A DNA stretch of 64,000 nucleotides. It comes from Nymphaea colorata (taxonomy: Eukaryota). Below, piece after piece: positions 12,301 through 25,257 of this stretch. The position numbers and the translations under genes are program-made. Positions within the stretch are counted from its first letter, which is position 1. Every line of letters begins with the position of its first letter. The notes under the pieces were generated by a model. It did not search any database. It saw only the letters and a list, made by a program, of their open reading frames with translations, and was not told the DNA's origin. The stretch covers positions 26,722,001 to 26,786,000 of the forward strand of contig NC_045138.2 in assembly GCF_008831285.2 (NCBI RefSeq), in the 5' to 3' direction.

Positions 12301-15300
12301 ACAGGAACTGAACCAGTTGGTCTCCAGTCAGCTAAAAATGCTTCATGTACATAAGCTTCATCTTCATCATCATACTCATTTCCACTATAATCCTCTCCAT
12401 CTGGACCACTGATCTGGTTATCCTGCATACACAAACATCATATAATGAGATATATATCCCTGTGTGCAGCATATTAAAATGCAAACCAGATTTCCAACCT
12501 CTGGTTCACATAATGTTAAATTGCTGGTCATTGCAAGTTTTGATTGTCGTCGCTTTGCTTCATACAGCCGACGTTTTTCTTTTGCAGCTTCAGTTGTTTT
12601 GTACGATTTTTGAGTTCCAATTGCTATTCGCCATTGCCGTGGTAGCAATAGAGGATCACGGTGTGGAACACAGTATTTCCAGATAGACATCCAGTCAAGT
12701 TTGAAGACCTTGATTCCCTGAAAGAATCAAAACAAACAGACAACAGGGCTTTTTATATGCATACCAATTTTTCATAAAAAAGTGAAGAGGAGCTTTGACA
12801 TTGAATCACCTGATCAATATAGGCCTTCTCCTCTGGAGACAAAGGAGAAGATTTCATTCTCTTCACTGCCTGCAGGGATAAACCAAATCAGTTCATAGGA
12901 GAACATTCACTAAAAATAAAATTTTCCTGTTCATGCACACATACCAGTGATACCACATACACATGGAACTTAAGCACATCCGCTAATGATGAAAGGAAGG
13001 AAAAAATAGACAACCATGCTGCCAAAAGTACTGATAACATCAAAATTTAGACAGTGCGACCAGTTACGGAAAGAAAAGAAAAAACAGAAACAAGAAAAGC
13101 ACATCCATGCTAGAATACACTTCCCACATTTGCAGCATACTAACATGATGGTGCATCTTGTAGCATTTAGCACTCAAAAGTAGGTATAATTAGCGTTATT
13201 TGTATCGTACGATATGAAGGCACATCATATGATAATGATATGCATCGTATAAGTCGGCAAAACCTGTATGATACACCTACAATACACATTTTTCATATGT
13301 ATCGTAGGTGTATCGACCATATCTTACGATATGGCTGCCGCAGCATATGATACAGCCAATACAGCCCATATCTTATGATACAGGTGCAAATTGTAAAAAA
13401 GGGGGCATGATGCCACTTTTAGTCGATTTTTTTTTTCTTTTCAAGACTGCTCTTTCCCTCCATTTTAGCACTTCAAAGAGATCTAGGAGGGAGAGTTTTT
13501 GCTGGGGCTAGAAAAAAATTGTCAAACAAATCATTGATTTGAGGGAGAAATAGCCGATTTGAAAGGAGATTTGTTCGTGGTAAACCCATTTGTGTTTGGA
13601 AAAAGAGGGCTTTTGTATCTCCCCTCCTACAAAAGATCTGCAATATCTCAATTTCAAGTTTTACATATATTTCTATTGTTTTCTAAAGTTTACCATAGGT
13701 TTCTACTTATTTTATGAAGATATTTGTTTTATTTTCTTAATGTGTTGGTGACATATTATGGCTTATGAATGATGAATCATGAAATTTCATTCCGAGTGTG
13801 ATGATTTTTATAAAGAACATTTTTTCATTATTTTCATCATTTTTCCTGAATTTTCTCTATTTCTTCTGATTTTGCCTTTTCTTTTATTAATTAAAAAACA
13901 TATTTATAATATGTTTATGATACATTATGATACGCTACAATATGGCGTGTAGGTCGGCACAACCAATACACATTATGATACACCTTTTACAAAATTGGGT
14001 ATAACATTGAGTTTCCATGATCTCATGTAAATGAATAAAAAGAGAGAATATGGAATAATAAGCGGAAAAAACTTGAAAGTAAAAATTACAAAAGCACCCA
14101 TAATAGAAGACGATACAAGTAAATATTAATACTGGACCTAAGGCTATCTAGGAAAAGGGACACCAAGCAATCTTTTGTGCATCATAAAATAAGAGACGAA
14201 ATCTAGATCTATCAAACATGCTGCAGAATGTTCAAAATAGTAGATCTAATAACAGGGCAAGAATGTTGTAAAGCAACATCATGAATGGAAGAAAACCAAA
14301 AAGAAAAAAAGATAGAATACCTTTATTGAATTTTCAGGTGCTTTTGCAGCACTACGATTCTTTTGCCTAATGAATATCTGAAGTAGGGAGGATAGGATTA
14401 ATGTCAGGCATGGAAGAAGCTGATACACTACCATTATTTTTTCCAAATAGGCAGAAAAAATAAATCAGGTAAAACAATACCACATCACATTAACAAAAAT
14501 AAGAAATATCAGTTGCCAAACCAAGTATCTCCTTGATGTTCTACGTACAGCCAATTTTAAACACTATAAGCCAGTAAAGACAATGCTGTTTAATAAATTT
14601 GACAGAAGAAAGCAGAAATGATGTGTCACAAATATTTTTAAGTACTTGGCAGTCCATATGTTCATCAGCTGCATGCAGCAACCAGAATCAAACTTGTAAA
14701 AAAGTTCAAAACAGTATGAATCAGTGTCTCTTGGACCTGCAGTGCAGATGATAAATTTTCAGTTTTATGCTGCCAGTACCTCCCACTACCAGTTTCTATA
14801 TATATCCAGCAAATGCAGATGGGAACCTGGACACCTTGGCCAGACCAAGAACCTTTGATGGCTCATTTTACTTTGGCCATATTGATACAACAATCAATAT
14901 GCAAAAGTGGGTGGGTAAATACCTACTCATTGTTAAATGTGCCTTCAAACTGAGACCTTTTGGACCACCTACAACAGGAATGCAACTTTTTTGAACAAAT
15001 TTTCAAGCAGTGACAACAAATTTGAGAACTTAATATGAACACCAGTCCTGTTTCTATTTTCTATGTATATATCAATAGGAGCTACCTCCTGAACACTAAA
15101 CGATTGAGATTGTGACATTGCTGTTTCTCATCAGCCTTGTGGATCATTTGAAAATAACGAAAGAAACACAAAGATATATGACAAAAGGCATTAACCTCCT
15201 ATCAACGTAGTGAGGTGTGTGGTGGGAGTTCTCCACATTTTGCAAAAAAAGTAAATATACGAGCTTGGAGAATGGATTTTCCCCCTTTTTGCAAACAGGG

Positions 15301-18300
15301 CATCGATGATCTTTTTTGAACTGGCTGGCACTAATTTTCAGAAAATTTTCTAGGCATTTTTTGTTCTCCACCGATATTTAAACCAATCTTAACAAGACAT
15401 ATGCCAAAGGCAAACTCTAATTAGTATTCTCTATAGTCTATACCAATAAAAATATAGCAACTAAAAATAGTCTAATGCCCCAAAATTGGATCTGAGGGTA
15501 GAAGAAGAAGTTCAGATATCACATAAAAAGTTCAGTCACATTAAATTTGTATTATGCCATGGAGGAAACATTGGGAGCACATTTCCAAAGACAGTAACAA
15601 ACCCAGCTCCATCCATCACAAAATACACCACTTTTGCAATCATTGGTGTGCCAAGAACCAAGGATAAGTTTGCACTTTGAAATGATTAATGAAAACTATA
15701 AAAAATTAACCAATTACCCTTAAACATCATGATGCCTAAAAGGAATACAACTGCACCTGATTAATCTTTTTGCAAGGAAGAAAACGCTGTTGAATGGCCT
15801 TCCAGTCAGAATTATACATCATCAGACCCATTGCAAGCAATCTGCAGGGATTCACCAAAAAACTTATAGCCATTCCAAAGCTACGGAATGAAGAAATGCA
15901 ATTGGCAACAGTCAAACACCTTTAAGAATACTCAAGCAGAAACCAATCTGCTAGGGCATGAGCAAACTACACTGAAGTGAACCCAATTTCAGGGAAGTGA
16001 ACAATTGAATATCATGCACTCCATCAATGTATCTAAGCAAGCAGGTTAGGACCACTATAATCTTAAGAAACGTTCCCAGCAACTTAAAAAATGCTTAACG
16101 ATGGACCAGACCGACAAAATATGTAAGATGAAACTCCTCTTTGTTAGATACTATAACTGCAATGCAGCATTTTTATGGGATCATAACACAAATGTGTCAA
16201 AATCTAAGGAGGAAGGAACCAATTTTATACTGCCGTTTAGCATCTCAGAAGTTTAAACAAGTGAACAGTGATATTCTTTTAGAAAATATAATAGAACATG
16301 CAAAGGGAAAGAGTAAAAAGCACTCGCAAAATCCTAGGTCAATGAAAGAGGAAATAGTAGAAGTGACTCACTCATCCTCTGCATCAGTAAAAAGCACCCG
16401 GTTAACAGCAGCAGCTGGAGGAGGCTTGTGCGGGAACAAATCAACATTGAATAGAGGAAGGAACCTCTGAGCCAACTGTGCAATATCCTTAGGAACAAGA
16501 GCAATTGACTGCATTTTACTGCTTTCTACAAGAACACCAGCCAGGGTCTTCTTTTGGGATGGCTGAGAACAAGAGTTGGACGGTGTAGAGCTTCGACCAG
16601 GTGACACTCCATCCCTCGTACCTCTTGTTGTCGCTTCACATGGAAGATTAGGGACATGAAACAGAGGTTCTCTTTCATAATAAGTGTGAGGATCCATATC
16701 TGTAATACGCCGTTGCTTGTATGATGATACAGCTGTTCATAAGAGGGAGAAGGAATATCCCATGTTAGATATGAAACCACAACAGAAGAAATTAGTAGCT
16801 GAGGACAAGCTCTCGTGTGAAGTTCCACTCATCGATTTGACCTACCAGCTTCAATGCCAGTCAAGTAATCACGGGCAATTCTGAGTGGGGCAACATCAAG
16901 CACTGAAACTACATGTCCATGCACCACAGGAGTCCAGCCTGAATACCTGTTATCTTGAACAGCACTTGCATGCCCATTAAAGGACTTCTCAGCATTTATT
17001 GCTCTGGTAGAAGCCCCTAGAAAAGAAGGCACAGGAGATGCATTCTGCCGCATCTGAGAAACTTGGGATACAGAAGGATGTATAAATGGTGGATGGAAAC
17101 AATAGTCTGGGTAAGGGACTTTCTTCCATGCCAAAGCTTCATCACACTTGTCAGCCAATTCAAAAATTAGGCCCTTGGCCTTATCAGCTATTTCTTGCCG
17201 AGCAGGATCAAGAACACACAAAGAGAATACCTGAATAAGAAGTTGGACATGCTCATATATCAAACAGTGTAACTGGCCTATTTGATGAGCAGTAAAACTA
17301 TTTGCATCCACAGTCGGCACGGCAGGATTGAAAGGATGAACACTGTCAGCCAATAATCTACTTGCACCCAATTCAGATGAACGAGCAACCTGTATGTTTG
17401 CTGTTAATGGCAACAATGGTCTTAGAGGCTTATTCGACCCCACAAGCCTGTCTTTGTTTTTTTCAGCTTTCTGGCGCTTCTTTTGCCTGGTTTCAGGCCT
17501 ATGAATTGGGACCTGCAACTTCTCTTTTCTACCCTTCCGACTCCAGCTTTCATCAGGGTCACTCTCCAATGCAGCTTCAATTTCCATTTCAAAGTCTGCG
17601 TCATCATCTTCATCATCATCTTCGATGTCTTCCTTCCTATTTGCCTCTTGATTTCCCTCTCCATCTGCATCTGGATTCCCAATGACAGCAGCGAGAAATT
17701 TCCTATACTCTTCCTCATCATCCACATTTTGAAAGTAATCTTCTTCATCAGATTCTTGAAGAAACATCTCCAGTTCATCTAGTGATAAATCCCTTAATGA
17801 AACCCGTGCCCTTGTCCGTCTACAGATTGCATCTTCATCATCTTCCTCCTCATTCCCCTGTCCATTCTGCACATGGATGACTGGTTTCCGGGAGATATTC
17901 AAATCGGGCAATGCATCCATAGTTTGATCCAATAACTCTTGTTCCCTCCTCATAGTGCTTGCATCACCTTCAGTCGCCAAAATATCCTTCTCTTCCGAGT
18001 GCCCACCCATTTGACTTTCTCCGCTCGGCAGCCTTGTCCTTTTCCCTGATTCGCACAAACCTGCTTCCTTCCCATCAATGACTTCTTCATAGGGTTCAGT
18101 CTGCAGATCATCTCCACCACTTGGTTCTCGAAATTCGCTAGATGCTTCCACTACCGGATCACCGCGCTTACGACTCGAACTCCTTCCCAGCCCATCATTC
18201 CCCTCCCTAGCAACTCCTTCATTTTCCGAGCTCAAGCTCGAAGACGCTTCCAGGGAAGGAGAATCACGGAGAAAGGGATTGAAATCCACATCCTCATCTT

Positions 18301-18373
18301 CGTCGTCATCATCATCAAGGTCCATCTCCCCATTCTCACCATGGCCACCATCTTCCTCCTCTCCAAGCCCCAT
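9307..18373 (-). CDS. DUO3: DUO POLLEN 3-like nuclear protein (GON4L/YY1AP1-related, homeodomain-like/Myb-like repeats), about 1421 aa
   Basis: Exons (minus): 18373-16846, 16732-16372, 15841-15757, 14377-14321, 12869-12810, 12717-12499, 12422-10800, 9639-9307. Total 4266 nt, divisible by 3. Motifs: acidic N-terminus with EDVDFNPFL, DAICRRTRAR, FQNVDDEEEYRKFLAAV, RPETRQ, VLFTDAEDELLAMGLMMYNSDWKAIQQRFLPCK, QIFIRQKNR..KAPENSIKAVKRMK, FKLDWMSIW..VPHRDP.LLPRQWRIA.GTQKSY, LVKLAPDLPPVNLPPSVR, LQMHPLLFQ, IDFHPLLQR, IVMEQEELSDSE. The start ATG (18373) and the last junction (GC donor) are less certain. Confidence 0.85.
13191..13997. mobile_element. Non-autonomous hAT-like element in a DUO3-like intron
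   Basis: 8-bp flanks GGTATAAT (13183-13190) and GGTATAAC (13998-14005), 7/8 identical. Many subterminal GTATCG/GATAC repeats at both ends; TIRs degenerate. Confidence 0.6.
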
Positions 18374-18470
18374 ATTCACCAAAACCACAAGATCAAACTC
18401 AATTCCACAAACCCAAAGGGTTCTAACCTGTATTTCCGCGAACGAATCAACATAATCTACAGCATCGTAG

Positions 18471-18673
18471 AAACCCTAGACAATGAAGCGCGCCAACTCT
18501 TAGCTTGCGATAGAAGAGAAGAACAAGAATAACAAGAACAAGGAAATGCCCTACCTCATAGCTCACGGATAAAGGAATACGATTCCCATAAACAACCGGG
18601 CGATCATTGCAGGCAACATAGAACAACTCGATCCATCAAGCGGATGAAACTACTTAAGATAATCAAAACCCTA
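18471..18673. promoter_or_regulatory. Two telo-box motifs (AAACCCTA) in the DUO3-like 5' region
   Basis: AAACCCTA at 18471-18478 and 18666-18673. Confidence 0.35.
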
Positions 18674-20268
18674 GAACCGAAGTAAGGATCAAAGATGTAG
18701 TAGGATACGAAAATTCACCAGAGAAACATTTGGGAATTGGTGGGATTCATGAAGGAAACTAACTAAAGATTGATAAGAAAGAAATCAAACCTCCGACGGC
18801 GCTACTTCCGAATACGCGGGAAGCGAAAGAAAAGACGTCAGAGAAGATCGTTGCATGAACTACAAAACGGTCGTCTCCTTTTCATTTCATTTACGATTTT
18901 AACTTTGCGCTAACAAACTTTGCTCTTACACTTGCAAACTGAGGCCTGGAAAAATCAACTTTTTCATTTGAGAGTTACTAAAATCATGTTCCAAGTTTAA
19001 TTTTGACAGCGAGTGCTCTATAAAATGCTTCTCCGTGGTAACCAAACACTGTTTACTAGTGATCAAATTTCACTTCCACAAAGCATGTCCAAAATGTTGA
19101 TCAAGAACATAATGAGGTTTTGACTATATATGTTCTTAATAAAGAGCAATTTCATAGCTCACATTCTCGATAAAGTGCCAAATAATTAAGAACCACAATT
19201 TAGTTATAATAGATGAGTTGTGTTTGATTATAATGTAAATTATAAATCAACTACATGTGCCCACTGTACAAGGAATGAGCAGGGGACCTTTTGTTGACAA
19301 TAAAAGCTTGGGAAAGTATGTCATGTCCAAACATGAGCTTTCTTTTATTTCTTCAAAAACTATATTGGATATGTTAATATCAGGAAGAACTTGCACATAG
19401 TTTGGGTGCAAATTATATGCATTTAGAAAAAAAAAAAATAGGAGCTGTCAAATTAAACCTAGATAACATTGTTGCAACTCCAGGAGGTAGCTCTTGAGCT
19501 AGCTAAATTTATACCACATCCAGTTGATAAGGAGGACCTTCGGCTTTAAGGGTTGTTTGACAACAGCAACAAATTGTCTCATGAATGTATCCCAAATATT
19601 AGGGTAAATTCATGTTTTTAAGGCAGATTCATAGAACAGTTTGTTATTGTTCCAATTACCAAACCGCTACTTAGAAACATCTGTTTCTAGAATACAAAAT
19701 TCAAAAACATCATTTGTTTTTTTCAAAAAAATGAATATGAGACGTACTATTAATATATAAGAACAATAGTCACAACAATGCAATGTCTCTTAGAACATCA
19801 TGTTTTGGAAACATTTGTTCTAATAATGTGCTCCAAAATAAAAATGCAGAGTGTTTTTATTATCAAACATCCTCTAACATTAGTTGTATTTGGTTTGTTT
19901 AAGATTATTAGTTAAATAAGTTGTTAATAAGATGTTGAGACTCGGATATGAGTGAACATGTTTTTTTTTTTTTTTCAATATATATGAACTCATAAGCAAA
20001 AAAATCAATTGTAATTTCAAGATGCATGCGATCATTAAATTGTACTCACAACCTTGAGCTTGCGCTTGAATCAAAATTATGCTTGGCTTATTGTATTGGT
20101 TAAACAGTTAGTAAGACATCTGAACAAGCTATCCATCATTAAAGGAGTCAAGCTCGAACCTTGACGAGCATAATCCAAGTTTCAACTATTGCCATAAATT
20201 TATCAACTGAGCTCAAACATTCTTTTTCCAATTTGTTCGGCTGGTTGCCCGAACTCAAGTAAAGGTAT

Positions 20269-20636
20269 AGTATAGATCATAGTTACTGGGATATATATGG
20301 GTTAATTATTTTTTTTTCTATAATCTGACCTTATAGATATGATCTTAACAATGATTTGGTAAGAAACATATATTAAGTTAGTTTTTTTCCACTTTAATAC
20401 TGTTTTAATTATTGAAAAATGATCAGCTCTTATGGCAACAAAAGTTTAAGTATAGATCATAGTTACTGGGATATATATGGGTTGATTATTAAAGTATTTT
20501 TTGTCTATAATCTGACCTTATAGATATGATCTTAAGCATGAATTGGTAAGAAACATATATTAAGATAGTCTTTTTTCCACTTTAATACTGTTTTAATAAT
20601 TGAAAAATGATGGGCTCTTCTGACAATAAAATTTTG
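20269..20636. repeat. Tandem duplication, ~180-bp unit x2
   Basis: AGTATAGATCATAGTTACTGGGATATATATGGGTT... begins at 20269 and again at 20449. The copies are colinear with small indels. Confidence 0.9.
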
Positions 20637-22095
20637 ATGGTAGAAAAGATCAATGCTTTTACAAAAATGACTTGAACTAAAACATAATTTATATAGAACT
20701 AGCGGTTATAACAGATTAGGAGGTTCAAATTTTGTTTAAAGCAAGTCATAAGATAAATTTAAGAGGTCTGGTTCAAAGTGTGTGTGTGTCTACATACACA
20801 GACTTTGCATTGCTTGCACGAATGCGCCATCAACTGTATGCTTATGTAAAATTTTCCTAATCATTCTCTTCTTTATTCCTGCCTTACAGTTCTTCATATC
20901 TTCATATCCCAAACAACTGAGATTTTGTCAAAAGCAAAAACAAACTTCCATTCATTCTGCCGTCTCCCAAAACCTGTGCCTTCATGCAGTTGTTCTTTAC
21001 TTGCCATTCTCCCAGCCGAACGAACAGACAGCAGCAGCTTCTACAGATGGAAACTATTCGAGAGGCTGAAACGTGTTTTCTGCGTTTTCCGTTTCATGTT
21101 TAAAGAATTGAATCAGGGAAACCTTCTAAGCTTTTGTAGATCTTTTCCGTGGTTTGGTTGATGAAATGGATTTGCAGGAACCGATTGATGACGCCAAGGT
21201 TCTGAGATCGTAATCGACAATAACCGCGAACTTTCTAGTCTTAGATGGCACAGCTGACAGCAACTAGTTAGTTTGATACTGTTATTCCTAGGGGAAAACG
21301 TGCAGAGATCCACTAGGAGGCTACTCAGAATTTCAGTGCAAGCATTTTTGCTCTTAGATCTGCAGCTTCCCTTCACGTTTTATGCCGGACATGAAAAGAA
21401 AGAAGAAAAAGAAGCATCTCTCTATCAGATGGATGGCTACCATCATTACCAATGACTATGCTGTTCAATTTAACTGGACTGGTGTTATCTCACTGGTAAT
21501 GTAAAACACTATATATATATATATCCATTTCAATATAATCAGAAAGAAAGTTTTTTTTCCAAATTCCCTTGTTAAGTACACAATTTCGACATCAAAAATT
21601 AATACATAAAAATTCAATGTCTTTGTTAGAATCTCTGCTGATAGCCAAATAGAGTTAAGCTTCTATTAAGCAGACCTTTTTTGGCAGGGGTGAATGCAGG
21701 TGTGGGAATTACCCACTTGGAAGCAAAAAAAAACTTTTTTATAATTGATATTTCTAAGCAATTTTCTCATTACAAATATTGGTACCCATTAATATTTCCT
21801 TAGCTAGAAATTTCTGGTTTGGTTAGAAAATTTAAAATGAGTAGACAGAAAATTAAGCTTTCAAAGGAAAACCGGCTGTAAAAGTTCGCAGAACCCTAGA
21901 TGACAGAATCGTGTCATGTAGAGAGGAAAGGACAGGTTTCCGGAGACTTTGTTAGGTGAGGAAAAGACGCATGGTTTCTTTTCTTTGGAATTATAAAACT
22001 ACTCTTGGAAAATCACAAGAAATTATAACACCTAGTCTTACAAATACTGATACAGAAAATAAAGCAAAGGGTTTTAGCAAGAATTACCTTCAAAA

Positions 22096-22137
22096 CTGTT
22101 CACATAAGCTTGCGCCTGTTCACATAAGCTTGCGCCT
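22096..22137. repeat. 20-bp tandem duplication
   Basis: CTGTTCACATAAGCTTGCGC x2. Confidence 0.85.
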
Positions 22138-22193
22138 CTGCAAATAGATCATGAAAATAAGAATTTGCTTTAGTGAAAGATATTTATTCAAAT

Positions 22194-22605
22194 CATAGTC
22201 ATGAATAATGTTTTCAAATTTTAAATGGCGAGGTTTTTCGCCAGTATAATACGGTTAGCTTAAAAAAAATGAGAAAAAGATGAAAAAAATACCGTAAATT
22301 TTTAAAAAATTTTAAAAAGTAAAAGTAGAAAAAAATAAAATAAGTGAGAAACTAATAATACAAACATCAAAACATAAGTAGATATGCAACAAATAAAAAA
22401 AAATGAAAAAAAACAATTTGACATTAAAAAAGTAAAAGAATAAAAAAAAGTGAAAAATGCGGGAAAAGTGCGTTAAAAATGGGTTAAAACACATTTTTTT
22501 CGTTTTTAACATTTTTTTCAAAAAAATGTTTTTTTTTTTAAGGCCATTTAATTTATCACATTTTTTCGAGTTTTTTTCGAAAAAAACATGTTTTCTGTGA
22601 CTATA
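22194..22605. mobile_element. Second, inverted copy of the 1410-1752 MITE family
   Basis: Ends CATAGTCATG...TGTGACTATA. The interior is a reverse-complement match to 1410-1752 (e.g. AATAAGTGAGAAACTAATA vs TATTAGTTTCTCACTTATT). No clean TSD. Confidence 0.75.
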
Positions 22606-25078
22606 TTAAAAGAAATGTAAGCATATGAAAAAAAGCAGGGAAAAAAAGAACAGAAGCTTGCTGTCATTGTACATAAATAATTGTAGTAGAAACCAAAACT
22701 GCTTTTAGAATGCAGAAGCAAAATAGAAGAAGAATACCCGAGTTCTCTGTAAGACTGGTAGGTAAGCAAAATCAAAGCAGAACAATAACTGTTATTTTAC
22801 TCTTTAGATAAAAACCTCTGGTGGACCTTTGATTAGCATTGGCAAGAAGAAGTCTCCTATTGAAGTTTGAGTTCAACTAAATCTTCCCAGATTGAAATCA
22901 TGGACTTGAAGCACTGCAACATTACCATTTAGTGCCTTGTTAAATAAAATCCTGGTGAGAGCACCTGACTAAGAATGAATTTACTTTTGGATCAAATCCT
23001 GAGTGCTTTCAAAATGGATTCCCTTCTGTTATTTTTGGGCTATCAAAAATACACATTTAGATCTGAATCTGGTTTAAGATCTGGGCTTCAATGGTTTCTC
23101 GACCAATATATGGAAGTGGATCTACCCTGATTTGGATCAAAGCGCGCATAGCAGCTTTTGTCATCGAGTCTCACTTCACAGACACTTCTCAATTTGGATT
23201 CACTTTGAAATGACTGGATCTCATTCAGATCCAAATTCCAATTCTCTTCTAAAGCTAGAAATTTGTACTTAACAAGATATCACGAAACATATGAGTAAAT
23301 AGAGATCTCATGGTTGAAAGGAACCAGTGGTTGACACAAGCCACGGCTCTCCTCAAAATTTCAAAAAAAAAAAATGTAAATTTTTTTAAAAAAAATCATT
23401 TATCCTATATAAAAATTTTAAAAAATTATATTGCAGCCCATGTTAAGATTTTGAAACTATAATTCGGTCCTCTCGTAAGTGTGCACCGGTCACATGCACT
23501 AGCCAGGGTTTTAAAAACCTGGGTAACCGACTAAACAATACGCAGCTGAAGTGCGGCCTACCTTAGCCACCGGCCTATGGCCCCTAATAGAAAAGGCACA
23601 AAATATTATAAGTCTTTCAACCCAAGTGCAGTTAATCATCAAAATTGATTAATCTTCACTTCACCTACAATGTTGAAATCAGATTATAGTGAAAATCATT
23701 AAGAAAGATGATTAGCAAAGACTTTTTCAAATTGAGATCCGCTTTCTCTGGTTTACGTATATAGGTAAGATCCTTGGATTTCTTCATCCAGGTTTAGACA
23801 AAAAACAAAAAAAAAAGTCATCTGATCTCTTTCTCATAGTACATCGCATTATGCAATGTATCCGGCAGTGTGTTTAATCACAACCATTCAATACATTGCA
23901 TCAGGTAGTTGTGATTGGCCTGAGCTCGGGATGACAAGAGGGTTTCAATTCCTCATATACAGGTCGGGTCTCATTTACGTACGTTGTAGGACCACATTCT
24001 TCAGGTTTATATAAGATCCTTGGATCCATGTATATGGAAGATCCTGAACCCTAATTTCAAAACCACTTTGCGTCAGCGTCAGGGACAAAATAAGATGAAT
24101 CAGCTGAAGGATCGAGGGTGGATTCAGCTCTTGGAAGTAGCAGAATATGCCGCCTATAGGTTCCGGTAGCAGTTTAGGAAATGGACCTGATTCGGCACCG
24201 ATCATGGAAAAGAAACCAGTGGTGCACCATTTTTCATTCGTAGTATGGTTAATGACTAAAATACCTTTAATTCACATTAAAAAAAAAAGACTGATATAAT
24301 TTCTTTTAAACAACTTACCAAAATGTCCTTCTAGGATCTAACCATTTCTTTTACAAGAAAAAAAAAAAAATCGCTCTAGCGGATCAGCTTTTATTTTTAT
24401 TTGGACAATGCATGGTGTATATTTTAGGAGCTCCAGGAGATCAGTTTAATACTTTCACCTTGAATGTGCAATTAGTTCGCCTTAAAGGGAATAGTTGATT
24501 TAACAAGACTTATCTTGTACTGTAAGTGGGATGGGTCCTAAGTGATACCTAGTATGGAAGGGGTATCCCCCAACAACCCTACGGGAGAAAGGCTCCCTAA
24601 CCTTTTATTCCAACAGAAAAAAATATATACAGCAAAAATTGGTCATCACTCTAACTTAAAACTAGAACGAGCCAAGGAAAGAAACAAACCAAGATGAAAC
24701 CAAAAGCTCCCAGATGGTTGGGTGCGATTAATCATCCCACCCACCTGGGACGTGCTATTAATTTTGGATGAATTTATCAGGCTGGCTGGGTTACCCCTTC
24801 CGTAAAATATTAGTCTGAGATTGAAACTTTACAAAAGTGTATTCAAACTTTGCTGGTATAAATAAGTTATTCAAGATAGAGTGTATTATTTGCCAAAATA
24901 ATGTTTGTTTCATTATAATTAGTTCAACACACGCACATACGCGCACGCATGCATAAATTAGTGAACACACACACAGTAACATCCAGATAAGATGAGTAGT
25001 CCTTGTTTTTTACATTGTTAGGTCAAACTGCAGAAGGCCAATGGGTTTCTTTCTGGATGATCTGCTTCTCTTTCTCAC

Positions 25079-25257
25079 CAAGGTGGGGCTTGCAGGGGCC
25101 TTGGCCCCCCTCAAAAAAATAAAATTTACATGTAAATTTTAAAAAATTTTACTTGTCTTATATTAAAATGTTGAAAAATGTTATTTCAACTCATGTCACA
25201 ATAATTTAAAAACTTTAATTTGACCCCCTTTATAAAAAAAAATTAGCTTCGCCTCTT
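25079..25257. mobile_element. Short MITE of a CAG(G/T)GGCGGA-ended family
   Basis: Flanks TTTCTCAC (25071-25078) and CTTCTCAC (25258-25265). Ends CAAGGTGGGGCT...AGCTTCGCCTCTT. The interior is shared with ~23326-23470 and ~49154-49320. Confidence 0.65.

Noticed and set aside
18374..18388. ORF-track start MVLVN for the DUO3-like gene
   Set aside because: It relies on a non-ATG start; the first in-frame ATG is at 18373.
19550..19875. Tourist/PIF-like hairpin remnants (GGGTTGTTTG...CCAAAC; similar words at ~35730-35820, ~36180-36320, ~38120-38210)
   Set aside because: Probably old MITEs, but boundaries and TSDs are too degenerate to call.
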